NCBI GenBank assembly: GCA_035221665.1
Contig: CM069138.1
Span: forward strand, 43,772,001 to 43,836,000
Reading direction: 5' to 3'
DNA length: 64,000 nt
Source: Okamejei kenojei
Lineage: Eukaryota
Both the position numbers and the translations under genes were made by a program. Of the stretch, positions 26,278 through 39,400 are shown in pieces. Numbering within the stretch: the first letter of the stretch is position 1; the number at the start of each line of letters is the position of its first letter. The notes beneath the pieces were generated by a model, which saw only the letters and a program-made list of their open reading frames with translations, had not been told where the DNA came from and ran no database searches.

Positions 26278-27196
26278 AAGATATGAAGTGCTGATTGTCA
26301 TATGCATCATCAAAGGAATGACATTCTCACTTGTTGCAGCATAACAGGCCAATTAATGCAATAACGTACAGACTATATGTTAGTTTAATTTAGAGATGAG
26401 GAGATAGTATGGGAACAGTCCCTTCATCCCACCGAGTCCATGTCGACCGGCGATCACCCACGCGCTGGTTCTATCCACACTAGTGACCATTTATAGAAGC
26501 CAATTAACCTATCAACCTACACGCCTTTGAAATGTTGGAAGGAACTGGAGCACCTGGAGAAAACGCACGTCACAGGGAGAAGATACAAACTCCGTACAGA
26601 CAGCACCCACAGTCAGGATTGAAGTTGGGTCTCTGGCGCAGCAAGGCAGCAACTCCACCGCCCTAACCAGAAATCCAATGAATGAATAATCAGTAATACA
26701 GCAAGCGTTGAGCAAACAACAAAATGCCAGAGGAACCCAGCAAGTCAGGCAGTAGGAGGAAATGGACAGACAATGTTTTGGATTGGATCCTTTCAGACTG
26801 ATGGAGTAGGGAGAGAAAGTTAGGTGGCGTGGGAAAGCTGGAAAGGCATGGTGGGGCTTGCAGCATCTCCTGTTGCTTGTGTCTCAGTGTCAAGTATTCC
26901 TGGTTTACTAGTGGCACCCATCTATTTGAATAACCAGTGAGCAGACATTATGTTAGTGTTTACCTACGATTAATAAAGATGCCATCTTGTCATTCAGAAG
27001 CTGGAAAGAACCCCTCAAAAAAGTGACTCAGAATGAGTGCGCCAAAACTAACCCAGTCTGTTGCCTAGCAACCACCACTGGTTTATTTTCTCACTTATTA
27101 AAAGGCACGACAGGAACTGTGCAAGGTCTGAAATTCCCCTGCAACAGCTGGTAAAACAACTTATTCGTAACCTCATCCACACACCACTGGAGCCTC

Positions 27197-27832
27197 ATGA
27201 CTCCACTGTCTGCCCACAGCTCACCACCGGTTCTGCACAGCCTAGCTGGGGGTAGCAACAGCAACCGGGCCTCCCGTGCAAAGGCCGGCCCTGTTGCTCA
27301 GAAGGGTAAGGAAAAGAAGAGGAGGGCAGCAGTAATAGGGGATTCTATAGTTAGGGGGTCAGATAGGCGATTCTGTGGACACAGTCAGGAGACCCGGATG
27401 GTAGTTTGCCTCCCTGGTGCCAGGGTCCGGGATGTGACTGAACGGGTCCAAGATATCTTGAAATGGGAGGGAGAGGAGCCAGAGGTCGTGGTACATATAG
27501 GTACCAATGACATAGGTAGAAAAAGAGAGGAGGTCCTGAAAGGAGAATTTAGGGAGTTAGGAAGAGTGTTAAGGAGAAGGACCGCAAAGGTAACAATCTC
27601 AGGATTACTGCCTGTGCCACGCGACAGTGAGAGTAGGAATGGAGCGAGGTGGAGGATAAATGCGTGGCTAAAGGACTGGTGCAGAGCGCAGAGGTTCAAG
27701 TTTCTGGATCATTGGGACCTCTTTTGGGGAAGGTGTGACCTGTACAAAAAGGACGGGTTGCACTTGAACCCGAGGGGAACCAATATCCTGGCGGGGAGAT
27801 TTGCAAAGGCTACTGGGGAGACTTTAAACTAG
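27197..27832 (+). CDS. CR1 ORF1 SGNH/GDSL esterase domain (N-terminally truncated)
   Basis: VIGDSIVRG, LPGA, VHIGTND, DGLHLN blocks. Confidence 0.85.
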   Translation: MTPLSAHSSPPVLHSLAGGSNSNRASRAKAGPVAQKGKEKKRRAAVIGDSIVRGSDRRFCGHSQETRMVVCLPGARVRDVTERVQDILKWEGEEPEVVVHIGTNDIGRKREEVLKGEFRELGRVLRRRTAKVTISGLLPVPRDSESRNGARWRINAWLKDWCRAQRFKFLDHWDLFWGRCDLYKKDGLHLNPRGTNILAGRFAKATGETLN

Positions 27833-28895
27833 AAAGGCTGGGGGGGGAGGGACTCAAATAGAGAAGGCAAGTAGTCCGTTTGTGAGGCAGGAGGCAGAGA
27901 AGAGAAGCAGTCAGACACAACACGTAGGGAGGAAAGAAGAAAAAAATAACAAACGAAGAATAAGAAGTGGAGGGTTTCTTAAATGTGTGAGCAGAGAGAC
28001 AGAGGGGTGTAAAATGAGGATAGGTGCAATAGGTAGCAACGTGAAAAGTGGCAGGCAGACAAATCCAGGGCAAAAATCTAAAAGGGCCACTTTTCAACAT
28101 AATTTAAAAGGGCCAATAGTGTTGTAAAAACAAGCCTGAAGGCTTTGTGTCTCAATGCGAGGAGCATTCGCAATAAGGTGGATGAGTTGAATGTGCAGAT
28201 AGCTATTAATAATTATGATATAGTGGGATCACGGAGACATGGCTCCAGGGTGACCAAGGCTGGGAGCTGAACATCCAGGGATATTCAATATTCAGGAGGG
28301 ATAGACAGAGAGGAAAAGGAGGTGGGGTAGCGTTGCTGGTTAGAGAGGAGATTAACGTAATAGAAAGGAATGACATTAGCTTGGAGGATGTGGAATTGAT
28401 ATGGGTGGAGCAGCGAAACACTAAGGGGCAGAAATCGCTAGTGGGTGTTGTGTACAGGCCACCTAACAGTAGTAGTGGAGTTGGGGATGGCATCAAACAG
28501 GAAATTAGAAATGCGTGCAACGAAGGTAAACCCGTTATAATGGGTGACTTCAATCTACATATAGATTGGGTGAATCAAATTGGCAGGGGTGCTGAGGAAG
28601 AGGATTTCTTGGAATGTATGCGGGATAGTTTTCTAAACCAACATGTGGAGGAACCAACGAGAGAGCAGGCTATTCTAGACTGGATATTGAGTAATGAGGA
28701 AGGGTTAGTTAGCAGCCTTGTTGTACGTGGCCCCTTGGGCAAGAGTGACCATAATATGGTTGAGTTCTTCATTAGGATGGAGAGTGACATTGTTAATTCA
28801 GAAACACGGGTCCTGAACTTAAAGAAAGGTAACTTTGAGGGTATGAGACGTGAATTGGCCAAGATGGACCGGCAATTGATTCTTGAAGGGTTGAG

Positions 28896-30941
28896 GTGGA
28901 TTTGCAATGGAAGACATTTAAAGACTGCATGGATGAACTACAACAATTGTTCATCCCAGTATGGCAAAAGAATAAATTAGGGAAGGTGGCGCATCCGTGG
29001 ATAATGAGGGAAATCAGGGATCGTATCAAAGAAAAAGATGAAGCGTACAAATTAGCCAGAAAAAGCAGCATACCAGAGGACTGGGAGAAATTCAGAGACC
29101 AACAGAGGAGGACAAAGGGCTTAATTAGGAAAGGGAAAATGGAGTATGAAAGAAAACTGGCAGGAAACATAAAAACTGACTGCAAAAGTTTTTATCGATA
29201 TGTGAAGTGCAAAAGATTAGTTAAAACAAATGTAGGTCCCTTGCAGTCAGAAACGGGTGAATTGATCATGGGGAACAAGGACATGGCAGACCAATTGAAT
29301 AACTACTTTGGTTCTGTCTTCACTAAGGAAGACATAAATAATTTGCCGGAAATAGCAGGGGATCGCGGGTCAAATGAGATGGAGGAACTGAGTGAAATCC
29401 AGGTTAGCCGGAAAGTGGTGTTAGGTAAATTGAATGGATTAAAGGCCAATAAATCCCCAGGGCCAGATAGGCTGCATCCCAGGGTACTTAAGGAAGTAGC
29501 TCCAGAAATAGCAGAAGCCTTAGTGATAATTTTTCAAAACTCTTTAGATTCTGGAGTAGTTCCTGAGGATTGGAGGGTAGCTAATGTAACCCCACTTTTT
29601 AAAAAGGGAGGGAGAGAGAAAACGGGGAATTACAGACCAGTTAGTCTAACATCGGTAGTGGGGAAACTGCTAGAGTCAGTTATTAAAGATGGGATAGCAG
29701 CGCATTTGGAAAGTGGTGAAATCATTGGACAAAGTCAGCATGGATTTACGAAGGGTAAATCATGTCTGACGAATCTTATTGAAATTTTTGAGGATGTAAC
29801 TAGTAGAGTGGATAAGGGAGAAGCAGTGGATGTGTTATATCTGGACTTTCAGAAGGCTTTCAACAAGGTCCCACACAAGAGATTGGTATACAAACTTAAA
29901 GCACACGGTATTGGGGGTTCAGTATTGATGTGGATAGAGAACTGGCTGGCAGACAGGAAGCAAAGAGCAGAATTGAACGGGTCCTTTTCAGGATGGCAGG
30001 CAGTGACTAGTGGGGTGCCGCAAGGCTCAGTGCTGGGACCCCAGCTATTTACAATATACATTAATGATTTTGACGAGGGAATTAAGTGCAACATCTCGAA
30101 GTTTGTGGATGACACAAAGCTGGGGGGCAGTGTTAGCTGTGAGGAGGATGCTAGGAGGCTGCAGGATGACTTGGATAGACTGGGTGAGTGGGCAAATGCA
30201 TGGCAGATGCAGTATAATGTGGATAAATGTGAGGTTATCCACTTTGGTGGCAAAAACAGGAAGGTAGACTATTATTTGAATGGTGACCGATTAGGAAAAG
30301 GGGAGATGCAGCGAGACCTGGGTGTCATGGTACACCAGTCATTGAAAGTAGGCATGCAGGTGCAGCAGGCTGTGAAGAAAGTGAATGGTATGTTGGCATT
30401 CATAGCAAAAGGATTTGAGTACAAGAGCCGGGAGGTTCTACTGCAGTTGTACAGGGTCTTGGTGAGGCCACACCTGGAGTATTGCGTACAGTTTTCGTCT
30501 CCTAATCTGAGGAAAGACTTTCTTGCCATAGAGGGAGTACAGAGAAGGTTCACCAGACTGATTCCTGGGATGGCAGGACTTCCATATGAAAAAAGACTGG
30601 ATAGACTCGGCTTGTACTCACTGGAATTTAGAAGATTGAGGGGTGATCTCATAGAGACTTACAAAATTCTTAAGGGGTTGGACAGGCCAGATGCAGGAAG
30701 ATTGTTCCCGATGTTGGGGAAGTCCAGGACAAGGGGTCACAGTTTAAGGATAAGGGGGAAGTCTTTTAGGACCGAGATGAGAAAATCTTTTTTCACACAG
30801 AGAGTGGTGAATTTGTGGAATTCTCTGCCACAGAAGGTAGTTGAGGCCAGTTCGTTGGCCATATTTAAGAGGGAGTTAGATGTGGCCCTTATGGCTGAAG
30901 GGATCAGGGGGTATGGAGAGAAGGCAGGTACAGGATACTGA
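28896..30941 (+). pseudogene. CR1 ORF2 reverse transcriptase portion (681-aa open segment)
   Basis: NYRPVSLTSVVGK, QHGF, YLDFQKAF, PQGSVLGP, F(V)DDTKL; separated from the endonuclease by a frameshift. Confidence 0.9.
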
Positions 30942-33712
30942 GTTGGATGATCAGCCATGATCATATTGAATTGCGGTGCAGGCTCGAAGGGCCGAATGGC
31001 CTGCTCCTGCACCTAATTTCTATGTTTCTATGTTTTTATCCCTTGTTTAGGTCCCTCCCAGCTCCTTGTCACCTTGACACTGTTACCCCAGTTGTGCACG
31101 GACACTCTCCCAACCCTGCAAACTTTCCATACACAAACTTCACAGACTTTCCAGCTGTGGGGAGAATTCCCAATGTCTCCAAATTGCAGCTTCACAGTTT
31201 TCATCCGAGAAGACCATTTACTCTGCACATATTCCAGTCAAATATATTTAACTGAGGGGTGATCTGATAGAGGCTATTAAATCATGAGAGGAATAGATAG
31301 AATTCATGCACTTACCCAGGTTGCCGGGGGGGGAGAGAGAATCAAGAACAGTAGGCATGAGTTTAAGGTGAGAGGGGAAAGATTTATTTGGAACCTGAAG
31401 GGCAAATCTTTCACACAGAGGGTGGAGAATACATAGAACAAGCTCTGAGGAGGTAGTTGAGGCAGGTACTATAGCATAAAATAAATTAGCACAGGTAACC
31501 AGAGGAAAGAGATTTAGAGGGATATGGGCCAAACACCGGTAAATGGGACTTGCATGGGTATAGTATTTCAGTCAGCATGAATGAGTTGGGCCGAAGGGCC
31601 GTTTCCATGCTGATTGACTCTATGAAGGGATGTGCAGCGCCATGACAAGACATTGCAGGAGAGCTGCAGGACATGCATGAATGCAGGTGGAGCAACCACA
31701 TCCTGTTGATCCAGGATGTAAACACTCTGCGTTCAGGAAGCCGTGAAGCTATTTCTCACGGTGTGCAAAGTGAGGCAGGGTTAAATCCACCCGGATGCCC
31801 ACACCTCAGATATAGATATGCTGATAATGGAGGGATATGTATCACCTGCAGGCAGAGATTAGTTTAACCAAGCACAGTCATTGTGGGCCGAGGCCTGTTC
31901 CTGTGCTGTACTATGAGCAGCACTTACTCTTACTCTAATAGTTCACTCAGTCCAAAGCACACTGGCTCTCCCAGTTGCCAACTATTTTAAATTCCCTTCC
32001 CATAACGACCTCTCTGTCCTGGGCCTCCTTCATTGATGCAACACACAAACTGGAGGAAAAGCACCTCATATTCCACTAGAGTAGCTAACAACCCAATGGC
32101 AAGAACATTGAAGTCTCCAATTATAGGCAACTAGCCTACAGACACCTCCCTCCTCTCCTTGCCCCGTGCCCAACTGGATTTGCACATATCTCTTTCCATC
32201 CATATCCCTTTATTCCTGGCTTCACAAAACACACCTCTTCTAACCCACTTTGTCTTTTCATCTTTGGCCTTCGTCCACTCATTTGGAAATCCAAACCCCT
32301 CTCACCTTATCTACCTGTCATGTGCCATACTCTGTCCTGCCCCCACCTCTCCCAGCTTTTCAACCCATCACCAGTCTACAAAAGGGACTTGACCCAAAAT
32401 ACCACCTATTCATGTTCTCCAAACAGGCTGCCTGAACTGGTGATTTATTTCTGAATTTTCTGTCTTAATTCAAATAGCTCTATTGTTCTGGGCTGCTGGT
32501 AGGTAGGAGTGATACTCTACAATGGGTGGTAGGCTGGAGCTTGTTCTGTGTTCTATATCGTAGGCCATTTATTTACTGCTACATTAACAGCACTGGAAAT
32601 GCAAAGGGACAAGAGATGTTATGGGGCAGGTAATCGAAGGAAGTGCTCAGATAATGAACACCTGTCTAATCACTGATTTGTAAACCAATCATAGCTCATA
32701 CACGGACTCTTCAGCCCACTGAGTTTGTGTTGCCCCATCAATCACACATTTATACTAATACTATCCCAATCCATTTTCATTCGCCCCACATTCCCATCAA
32801 CTCCCCGGATTCTGCCACTCACCTGGACTCTAACGGCAAATTACAGAGGCCAATTAACCCACAAACCCGCAAGTCTTTGGGATGTGGGAGGAATCCAGAA
32901 TTTGTGGAGGAAACTCACGTGGTCACAGGGAGAACGTACAAACAGCATCCGTAGTCAGGATCAAACCTGGGTCCCTGGCGCTGCAAGACCGCTACTCTAG
33001 AGCTGCGCCACTGTGCCACATGTGGAGGGAAATGGACAGAAAACATTTCAGGTCAGGATTCAACCCAAAACAGACTGTCCGTTCCCTCCACAGATGCTGC
33101 CTGACCCGCCGAGTTCCTCCAGCACTGTTTTGCACGAGATTCTAGCATCTGCAGTTCCTGGTATCTTTGAGGGGCTGTTTCAATACTCTTTGGCTTTAGC
33201 TCGAGACCCTCGGGGCCTTGCTGTAGTGGCGGAAGGAGTGCTCCATCTTACAGGCTCCCCAGATGCTCACCACCTGCCCCTCAATGCAGAGATTTGTTGC
33301 CGAGTTTCAGAAACCTGACACCAAAGTACGTGCTTTTAACCCATTAGCGCCATCTACCAGCAGATGGCAGGATTTTAGCACAATATTTAAAAAAGGACAA
33401 AGTGCTGGAGTAACTCAGCAGGTCAGGCAGCATCTCAGAACCAGGATTGGTGGTGTTTTGGGTCAGGCCCAGTCTTCAGACACAAACCATCACCTATACA
33501 TGTTCTCAGAGATACTGCCCAACCAGCTGAGTAATTCTAGGAGTGCGTTCGATTGTGTAAACCAGTGTCTACAGTTTCTTGTTTCTACAGGATTTTAACA
33601 CAGTCTGGTATCTGTTCCCAGTTCAAGTGTAGCCGCCACATGTACCGGCAACAGAATAATGACATTCTTAGGCACAAGGAACTGCAGATGCTGGAATCAT
33701 TTTTTTAAAAAT

Positions 33713-34517
33713 TAGAAACATAGAAATTAGGTGCAGGAGCAGGCCATTCGGCCCTTCGAGCCTGCACCGCCATTCAATATGATCATGGCTGATCATCCAA
33801 CTCAGTATCCTGTACCTGCCTTCTCTCCATACCCCCTGATCCCTTCAGCCACAAGGGCCACATCCAACTCCCTCTTAAATATGGCCAACGAACTGGCCTC
33901 AACTACCTTCTGTGGCAGAGAATTCCACAAATTCACCACTCTCTGTGTGAAAAAACGATTTTCTCATCTCGGTCCTAAAAGACTTCCCCCTTATCCTTAA
34001 ACTGTGACCCCTTGTCCTGGACTTCCCCAACATCGGGAACAATCTTCCTGCATCTAGCCTGTCCAACCCCTTAATAATTTTGTAAGTCTCTATGAGATCA
34101 CCCCTCAATCTTCTAAATTCCAGCGAGTACAAGCCGAGTCTATCCAGTCTTTCTTCATGTGGAAGTCCTGACATCCCAGGAATCAGTCTGGTGAACCTTT
34201 GCTGTGCTCCCTCTATGGCAAGAATGTCTTTCCTTAGATTAGGAGACGAAAACTGTATGCAATACTCCAGGTGTGGCCTCACCAAGACCCTGTACAACTG
34301 CAGTAGAACCTCCCTGCTCTTGTACTCAAATCCTTTTGCTATGAATGCCAACATACCATTCACTTTCTTCACAGCCTGCTGCACCTGCATGCCTACTTTC
34401 AATGACTGGTGTACCATGACACCCGGGTCTCGTTGCATCTCCCCTTTTCCTAATCGGCCACCATTCAGATAATAATCTACCCTCCTGTTTTTGCCGCCAA
34501 AGTGGATAACCTCACAC
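33713..34517 (-). mobile_element. 5'-truncated CR1, inverted near-copy of 30227-31030
   Basis: CEVIHFGGKN...RTRGHSLRIRGKSF and 3' tail. Confidence 0.92.
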
Positions 34518-34959
34518 ATCTTCAAGATGATAGACACAAAGTACTGTTTTAACTTTCTCACACATGATAGACACAAAGTGCTGTTTTAACTCAGCAGCAC
34601 CTCTGGAGAACATGGATAAGTGACATTTTGGGTCAGTACCCTTCCCTAAGACCCAAAACATCACTTATCCTCTTCTTTTCTCTCCCCCCCCCCCCCCCCC
34701 CTCAGTCCGAAGGGCTCTGACCCAAAAGGTCAACTATCCTTTCTCTCCAGAAATGCTGCCTGACCCGATGAGTTACTCAAAATCAGTATCTGTAATTCAT
34801 TGACCATTTTATCCATGAGGGCCATGGATAAAATGAATGCTCAGTCTCCACCTCCCTAAAGACTTTACACTTTCCAAACAGAATCTACACCCATGTTCAG
34901 CTTTTACAAACATGTAAACATTTGTTTGACCACAATTACAAAAAACAGGCATTATTGCA

Positions 34960-36409
34960 GATTGAAACCATCTTTACTGTTTAATCTTCACAGACATCAC
35001 CACAGGCTTTGCAGTTGTAAAACATCAAAGTCAACAATGCACAAAACAACATTGTTAGTGGAAATGGCAATGGTTTCTTTATGGAATGAGGAAGGAATGT
35101 AGCTAGAAGATCTTGCCTGCTGGTGATCAGACTGAATCCGCATCCAGGGGCAGCTATTGGAAACTTCACCTGTCAATATAATTACGGCGTTCACAGATGG
35201 AGTAGTCTTCAAAAATAAATCTACTGTGATTAAACCAGAGGATGATGAATACCAGGAATACACCAGCTTTGGAGGGAGCAGTTCTGGGAAAGAGGGTGGA
35301 TGAAGGAGGCCAACACAAGAGATGGAACAGGGAGTTCAGACAGAACTAGTATAAAGCCAAGTCCCATTGTCCAGGCAGAACATTGTTCGATACACTCAGG
35401 CACAGGCGGCAGTAACTAATGTAGCTCCTCCAAATTTAACAAACTCTGTTTGCACTTCCTTCCCTCTATCCCCTGGCACCTGATGTGACCGGCACCAGGT
35501 TAGGATGCAAAAACCTTTAAACAGATATAAAAGCTGTAACTATATGTCCATTTCTTCCTCCAACTCAACTTACAAGAGTCACTCCTAATAATATCCTTTT
35601 ACAAAAGTGGGGAAAAAAGCTGCTACTAAAGAGGCTGCCCATTTCAGAGGGTTTTTACCCAAAATAGCTGCAAGATTTTAAGATGGGGTTGAACAATAGG
35701 GATTATACAGGAGATGGGGTGCACGTTTAACCCTTGAAGGGCCACACTCAATCCGTGCAAACTTGAAGTTTCTCTGGAAGCCCTTTTACAATCGCTGAAA
35801 CTTAATCCTTTCTTACAAATTATACTGAGGAAGCAGATGAGAAACATTGCAACAGCCCTGACCATCATTAGCTCGTCCGATTACTAAAGGCAAGGTAAAC
35901 AGAGAGAACAGTAATTGGTTTGGAATAATTAGTGCAGGGTTAAAAATGGGAAGACTCAACACATCAATTCAAGAATGATATTGGTCATCACACACAATTA
36001 ACCGGAGGAATTGTTAAAACAAATTTCACACAATTTGACTTGACTCATCATGTAGTTAATCTAGATTTGCATTATTAGAGGTCCATTTTACAATTGTTGT
36101 TTGTATCAAAACTAAATTCGCATCGGAACACCCGCTTACAAAGTTTGGTCCAGCTTCGATTTGGGAACTGAGGTACGGCTACAGGTAGGCACTTGTGTGG
36201 AGCAAAGCTTAGCTTCTTTACAAAATACTTTACACTTCATCCATGCTTTAAGGAGTCGAGCAGTAGTGGGGACACACGCTGTGATAGGTCAGAGTGGAGC
36301 CGCACACAGTCTATGGAACAGCCATCATCAGGCCACAGGTTTTACATGCGTCTCTCTGGTGGGCAAAACACCAGTGTGAGAAGCCCCAGTCTCCTCCAGT
36401 CCAGTTGTT
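34960..36409 (-). other. Probable 3' UTR of the SNX5-like gene with ATTAAA poly(A) signal at 34985-34980
   Basis: Repeat-free stretch after the stop codon; ATTAAA followed by a GT/T-rich tract on the minus strand. Confidence 0.5.
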
Positions 36410-36457
36410 CTAGTTACTCAGTGTGGCCAGGCAGTTCTGCAGCATCTGCACGTTGTT
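36410..36457 (-). CDS. SNX5: SNX5-like last coding exon ([15 protein letters not shown])
   Basis: tttctgttgcag acceptor, TAG stop at 36412-36410. Confidence 0.92.
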   Translation of the reverse strand, partial: NNVQMLQNCLATLSN

Positions 36458-39400
36458 CTGCAACAGAAACGGATATAATGACAGTGCAAGGTGATAACGT
36501 GGGAAGCAGACACAGCACAAAGGGAGGCAAATCTTCCAAACCCCCAGCTTTAGACTTGATACAGCGCAGAAACAGTCCCTTCAGCCCACCGAGTTCACAC
36601 CAATCAGCGATCAACCCTTACACTAATGCTATCCTACACACTAGGGGCAATTAACCTATAAAGCTGTATGTCATTGGCTCCGGCCCTCATTCTCCCACCT
36701 GGGATCTCCCCTTTTATTCCTCTGCCCAATTCACATCGCCTTTTATCTCCAACATTTTCCCTTTCCACTCATATCCTCTGAAAGGAGATGAGGAATCTTT
36801 TTAGCCAGAGGGTGGTGAATCTATGGAAGTGGCCAAGACAATGAGTATTTTTAAAGTGGAGATTTGATAGGTTCTTGATTTCAGAGAAGGGAAGAGAGGG
36901 AAAAACAGATCAGCCTTGATTGAATGGCAGACTACAGCTTTCTATTTCACCCCTACTCTGATACCCCTTGTCTCCTTTTCACCTCCAGTCTTTGTCACTT
37001 ACTCCACCTATCTGCCAGTCACCCTCCTCACATCTATCCACCTATCTTGCCACACTTTGTCCTGCCCCCCATCTCTCTTTTACAACTTTCTCCTCTACGT
37101 CCAGACTCAAAACGTCATCTGTCCATTCCCCCCCCACAGATGCTGTGTTCTTGTAGCACATTGTTCTTTCCCCACTGGGATAAATTGTCTGCAGTGTTTG
37201 GCGTTAGAGCCACCAGGTTGAATCTATGCATTGTAAAGCCGACTGCTCCCCAGCAGACAGGCCAGGCCCATGCACTGGTTTATATGGCACCCAACCCTCC
37301 CAGACCACGGGACACAGCCACCCACACCAGGCATTGTGCTGACTGGTGAATCTAGGTCCGTCAGAGTGAGGTGGAGAGAGGGCGATGGGGTAACTATAAG
37401 CAGCTGGGCTCCCAGCCAGTGGCAGGTAACCCCGTGGACTCTGGCAAAGGCTGCCCCATCAGAACCAGCCCCTGGAGAGCACACAAGGCCAGCATTGCCG
37501 AGCGTACAGTGGGGAGTGTGCACTGCCAGTCATTGCTAGCTGGGCAAGGGGGCAATCCACACATTGGTTGTATGCACATACACCTTGGTATGCTTATTGA
37601 TGTAAACAGTCTCCACGGCTTCCCCAGTCAGTGTATGTGAACACACCCTTCTACTCATGTACACAGAGCAATATTGGATGTATATACACACACACCCCTC
37701 TCAACAGTATCCCTATTGGATATACACAAAGCACACGTCTACAGCACCAATATTGTCTGTACACACCCAGTACCCCTAGTGCAGTGGTTCTTAACCTGGG
37801 GGTCGTAACCGCCTATGGGGGTCATTTGTGCTTTACCGGGGGTCATGAAAGGGGACACAAATAACATATCAATTTGTTGAGCCTATGTTTTGGAGCCTAA
37901 CAAAGGTACATACCACATAGTGTTTTGTTCGCGTATGCGCGTACTGGTGCCAAAAAGGATAAGAACCACTGCCCTAGTGGGTGCGGTACACATACCCACA
38001 GCATCTACACAAGCATAGTGTGCGTGCAACCCTTCAGGCGACCCACCTTGGCGTGTTTCAGCTGCAGCTCCGTCATTTCAATCAGATTTTTGCGGAACGC
38101 CGCCACCCTCCTGGTTCTGAAAGCCATCAGCTCTGAAAACAGGAAGGTTCCCAGTCAGCAACACAGCTGGATGGACCAGGGGACTCATGGCAGATGCAGC
38201 CACCACTTGTGTACAGCAGCTCACGAGGCAAGCGGGTCGAGTGGTGGCATCTGTTCAATGTCATGGGCGTGATAACTCCAAAGGATCGGAGCTCAAATCA
38301 TAAAGCAAGTGCACTTTTTAAATGAGTGTTATGATTAATTTTATTATTGATTCTATATTTATTATAGGTTGAGAGGGATATTGGCCAAACACAGATAAAC
38401 ACTAGCTTAGGGACGGCGTCATGTATCAATACACTGTAAGTGGATCGATTGCAATCATGTGCAGTCTTTCTACTGACTGGTTAGCATGCAACAAAAGCTT
38501 TTCACGGCACAATAAACTACACTAAAAAATCTTGGTCGGCATGGAAGAGTGGGGCCGACAGGCCTGTTCGGAGTTGTACGATTGGATGAGTTGTGAATAG
38601 AGACCAGCGAGCAGCCCCACTTCTGAATTAACAGCAGCTACTGTAATCTTTCAAAGAATACTCGAATGGTGAAGGAAGGAGAGGGTGGCTGCCTGGGACA
38701 CTGGGTGCTTGTACCTTCCTTGGCAGAGTCAGAAAGTTTCTCAAACTTCTGGCTGCTGAGTTGCTGCTGGACCTCTGCCTGCTTCATGTCTTTCCCTTTG
38801 ATCCGAGCCTTGTCCAGAGCCTTGCTGGCGTTTTCAGAATCCACCAGAGAACGGGCCCTCCTGTACAGGAGATCCTACACAGTGATACAAGCACAGGGTT
38901 CACACAGTTAAAGCAACAACAGAAGGCGGTGGGTCCAGGGAACAAACTGCCACAGGAGGTAATTGAGGCAGGTACAACAGGTCCACCACTGATTTTCTAG
39001 CAACTGGTGGTCCAGCACCTCTTTTCATCTGGACAAAATCTGGAGCGTAATTGAAAACCCTCCCGGAAGTCCCCCTGAAAATGTGGTGCCTTGGCTGGGT
39101 GAGACGGTCGTTCCTGAACTAATCGGGACTACCATGGCCAATTGGCGTGTCGAATTTGCGCCCCTGTGGCTGGGGCACTGGAACTCCCTCCCAGCCAGAG
39201 TTGGCACAGCCGACTTCCAAGGCTGACTTTGCGGGCAGGTTTCTCAACTCTCCGGCGCCCTGTTCCAGTACCGTTAGATTCCACTCAGAGGCCATTGAAA
39301 AAGTTACTTTTATAACAACTAAACAGGTTCGCTTCTTAATACACAGACAACTCAGAAACATTTGGTAGACCAGTTCAAAACTTTACTTATTATCGGCCGA

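Larger units (their letters stand above)
27185..31033 (+). mobile_element. Near full-length CR1 LINE (ORF1 esterase, ORF2 endonuclease + RT), probably inactive
   Basis: ORF1 SGNH motifs; endonuclease motifs LNARSI, GITETW, MGDFN, SDHN; RT motifs PGPD, GVPQGSVLGP; frameshifts near 28225 and 28895; KAFNKV and FVDD substitutions; (TTTCTATG)n tail. Confidence 0.93.

Noticed and set aside
27197-27832. Stand-alone host or prokaryote-derived GDSL esterase gene
   Set aside because: It sits directly upstream of the CR1 endonuclease/RT; an esterase ORF1 is a known CR1 feature
29849-30652. Antisense ORFs over the CR1 RT
   Set aside because: Shadow frames of LINE coding sequence
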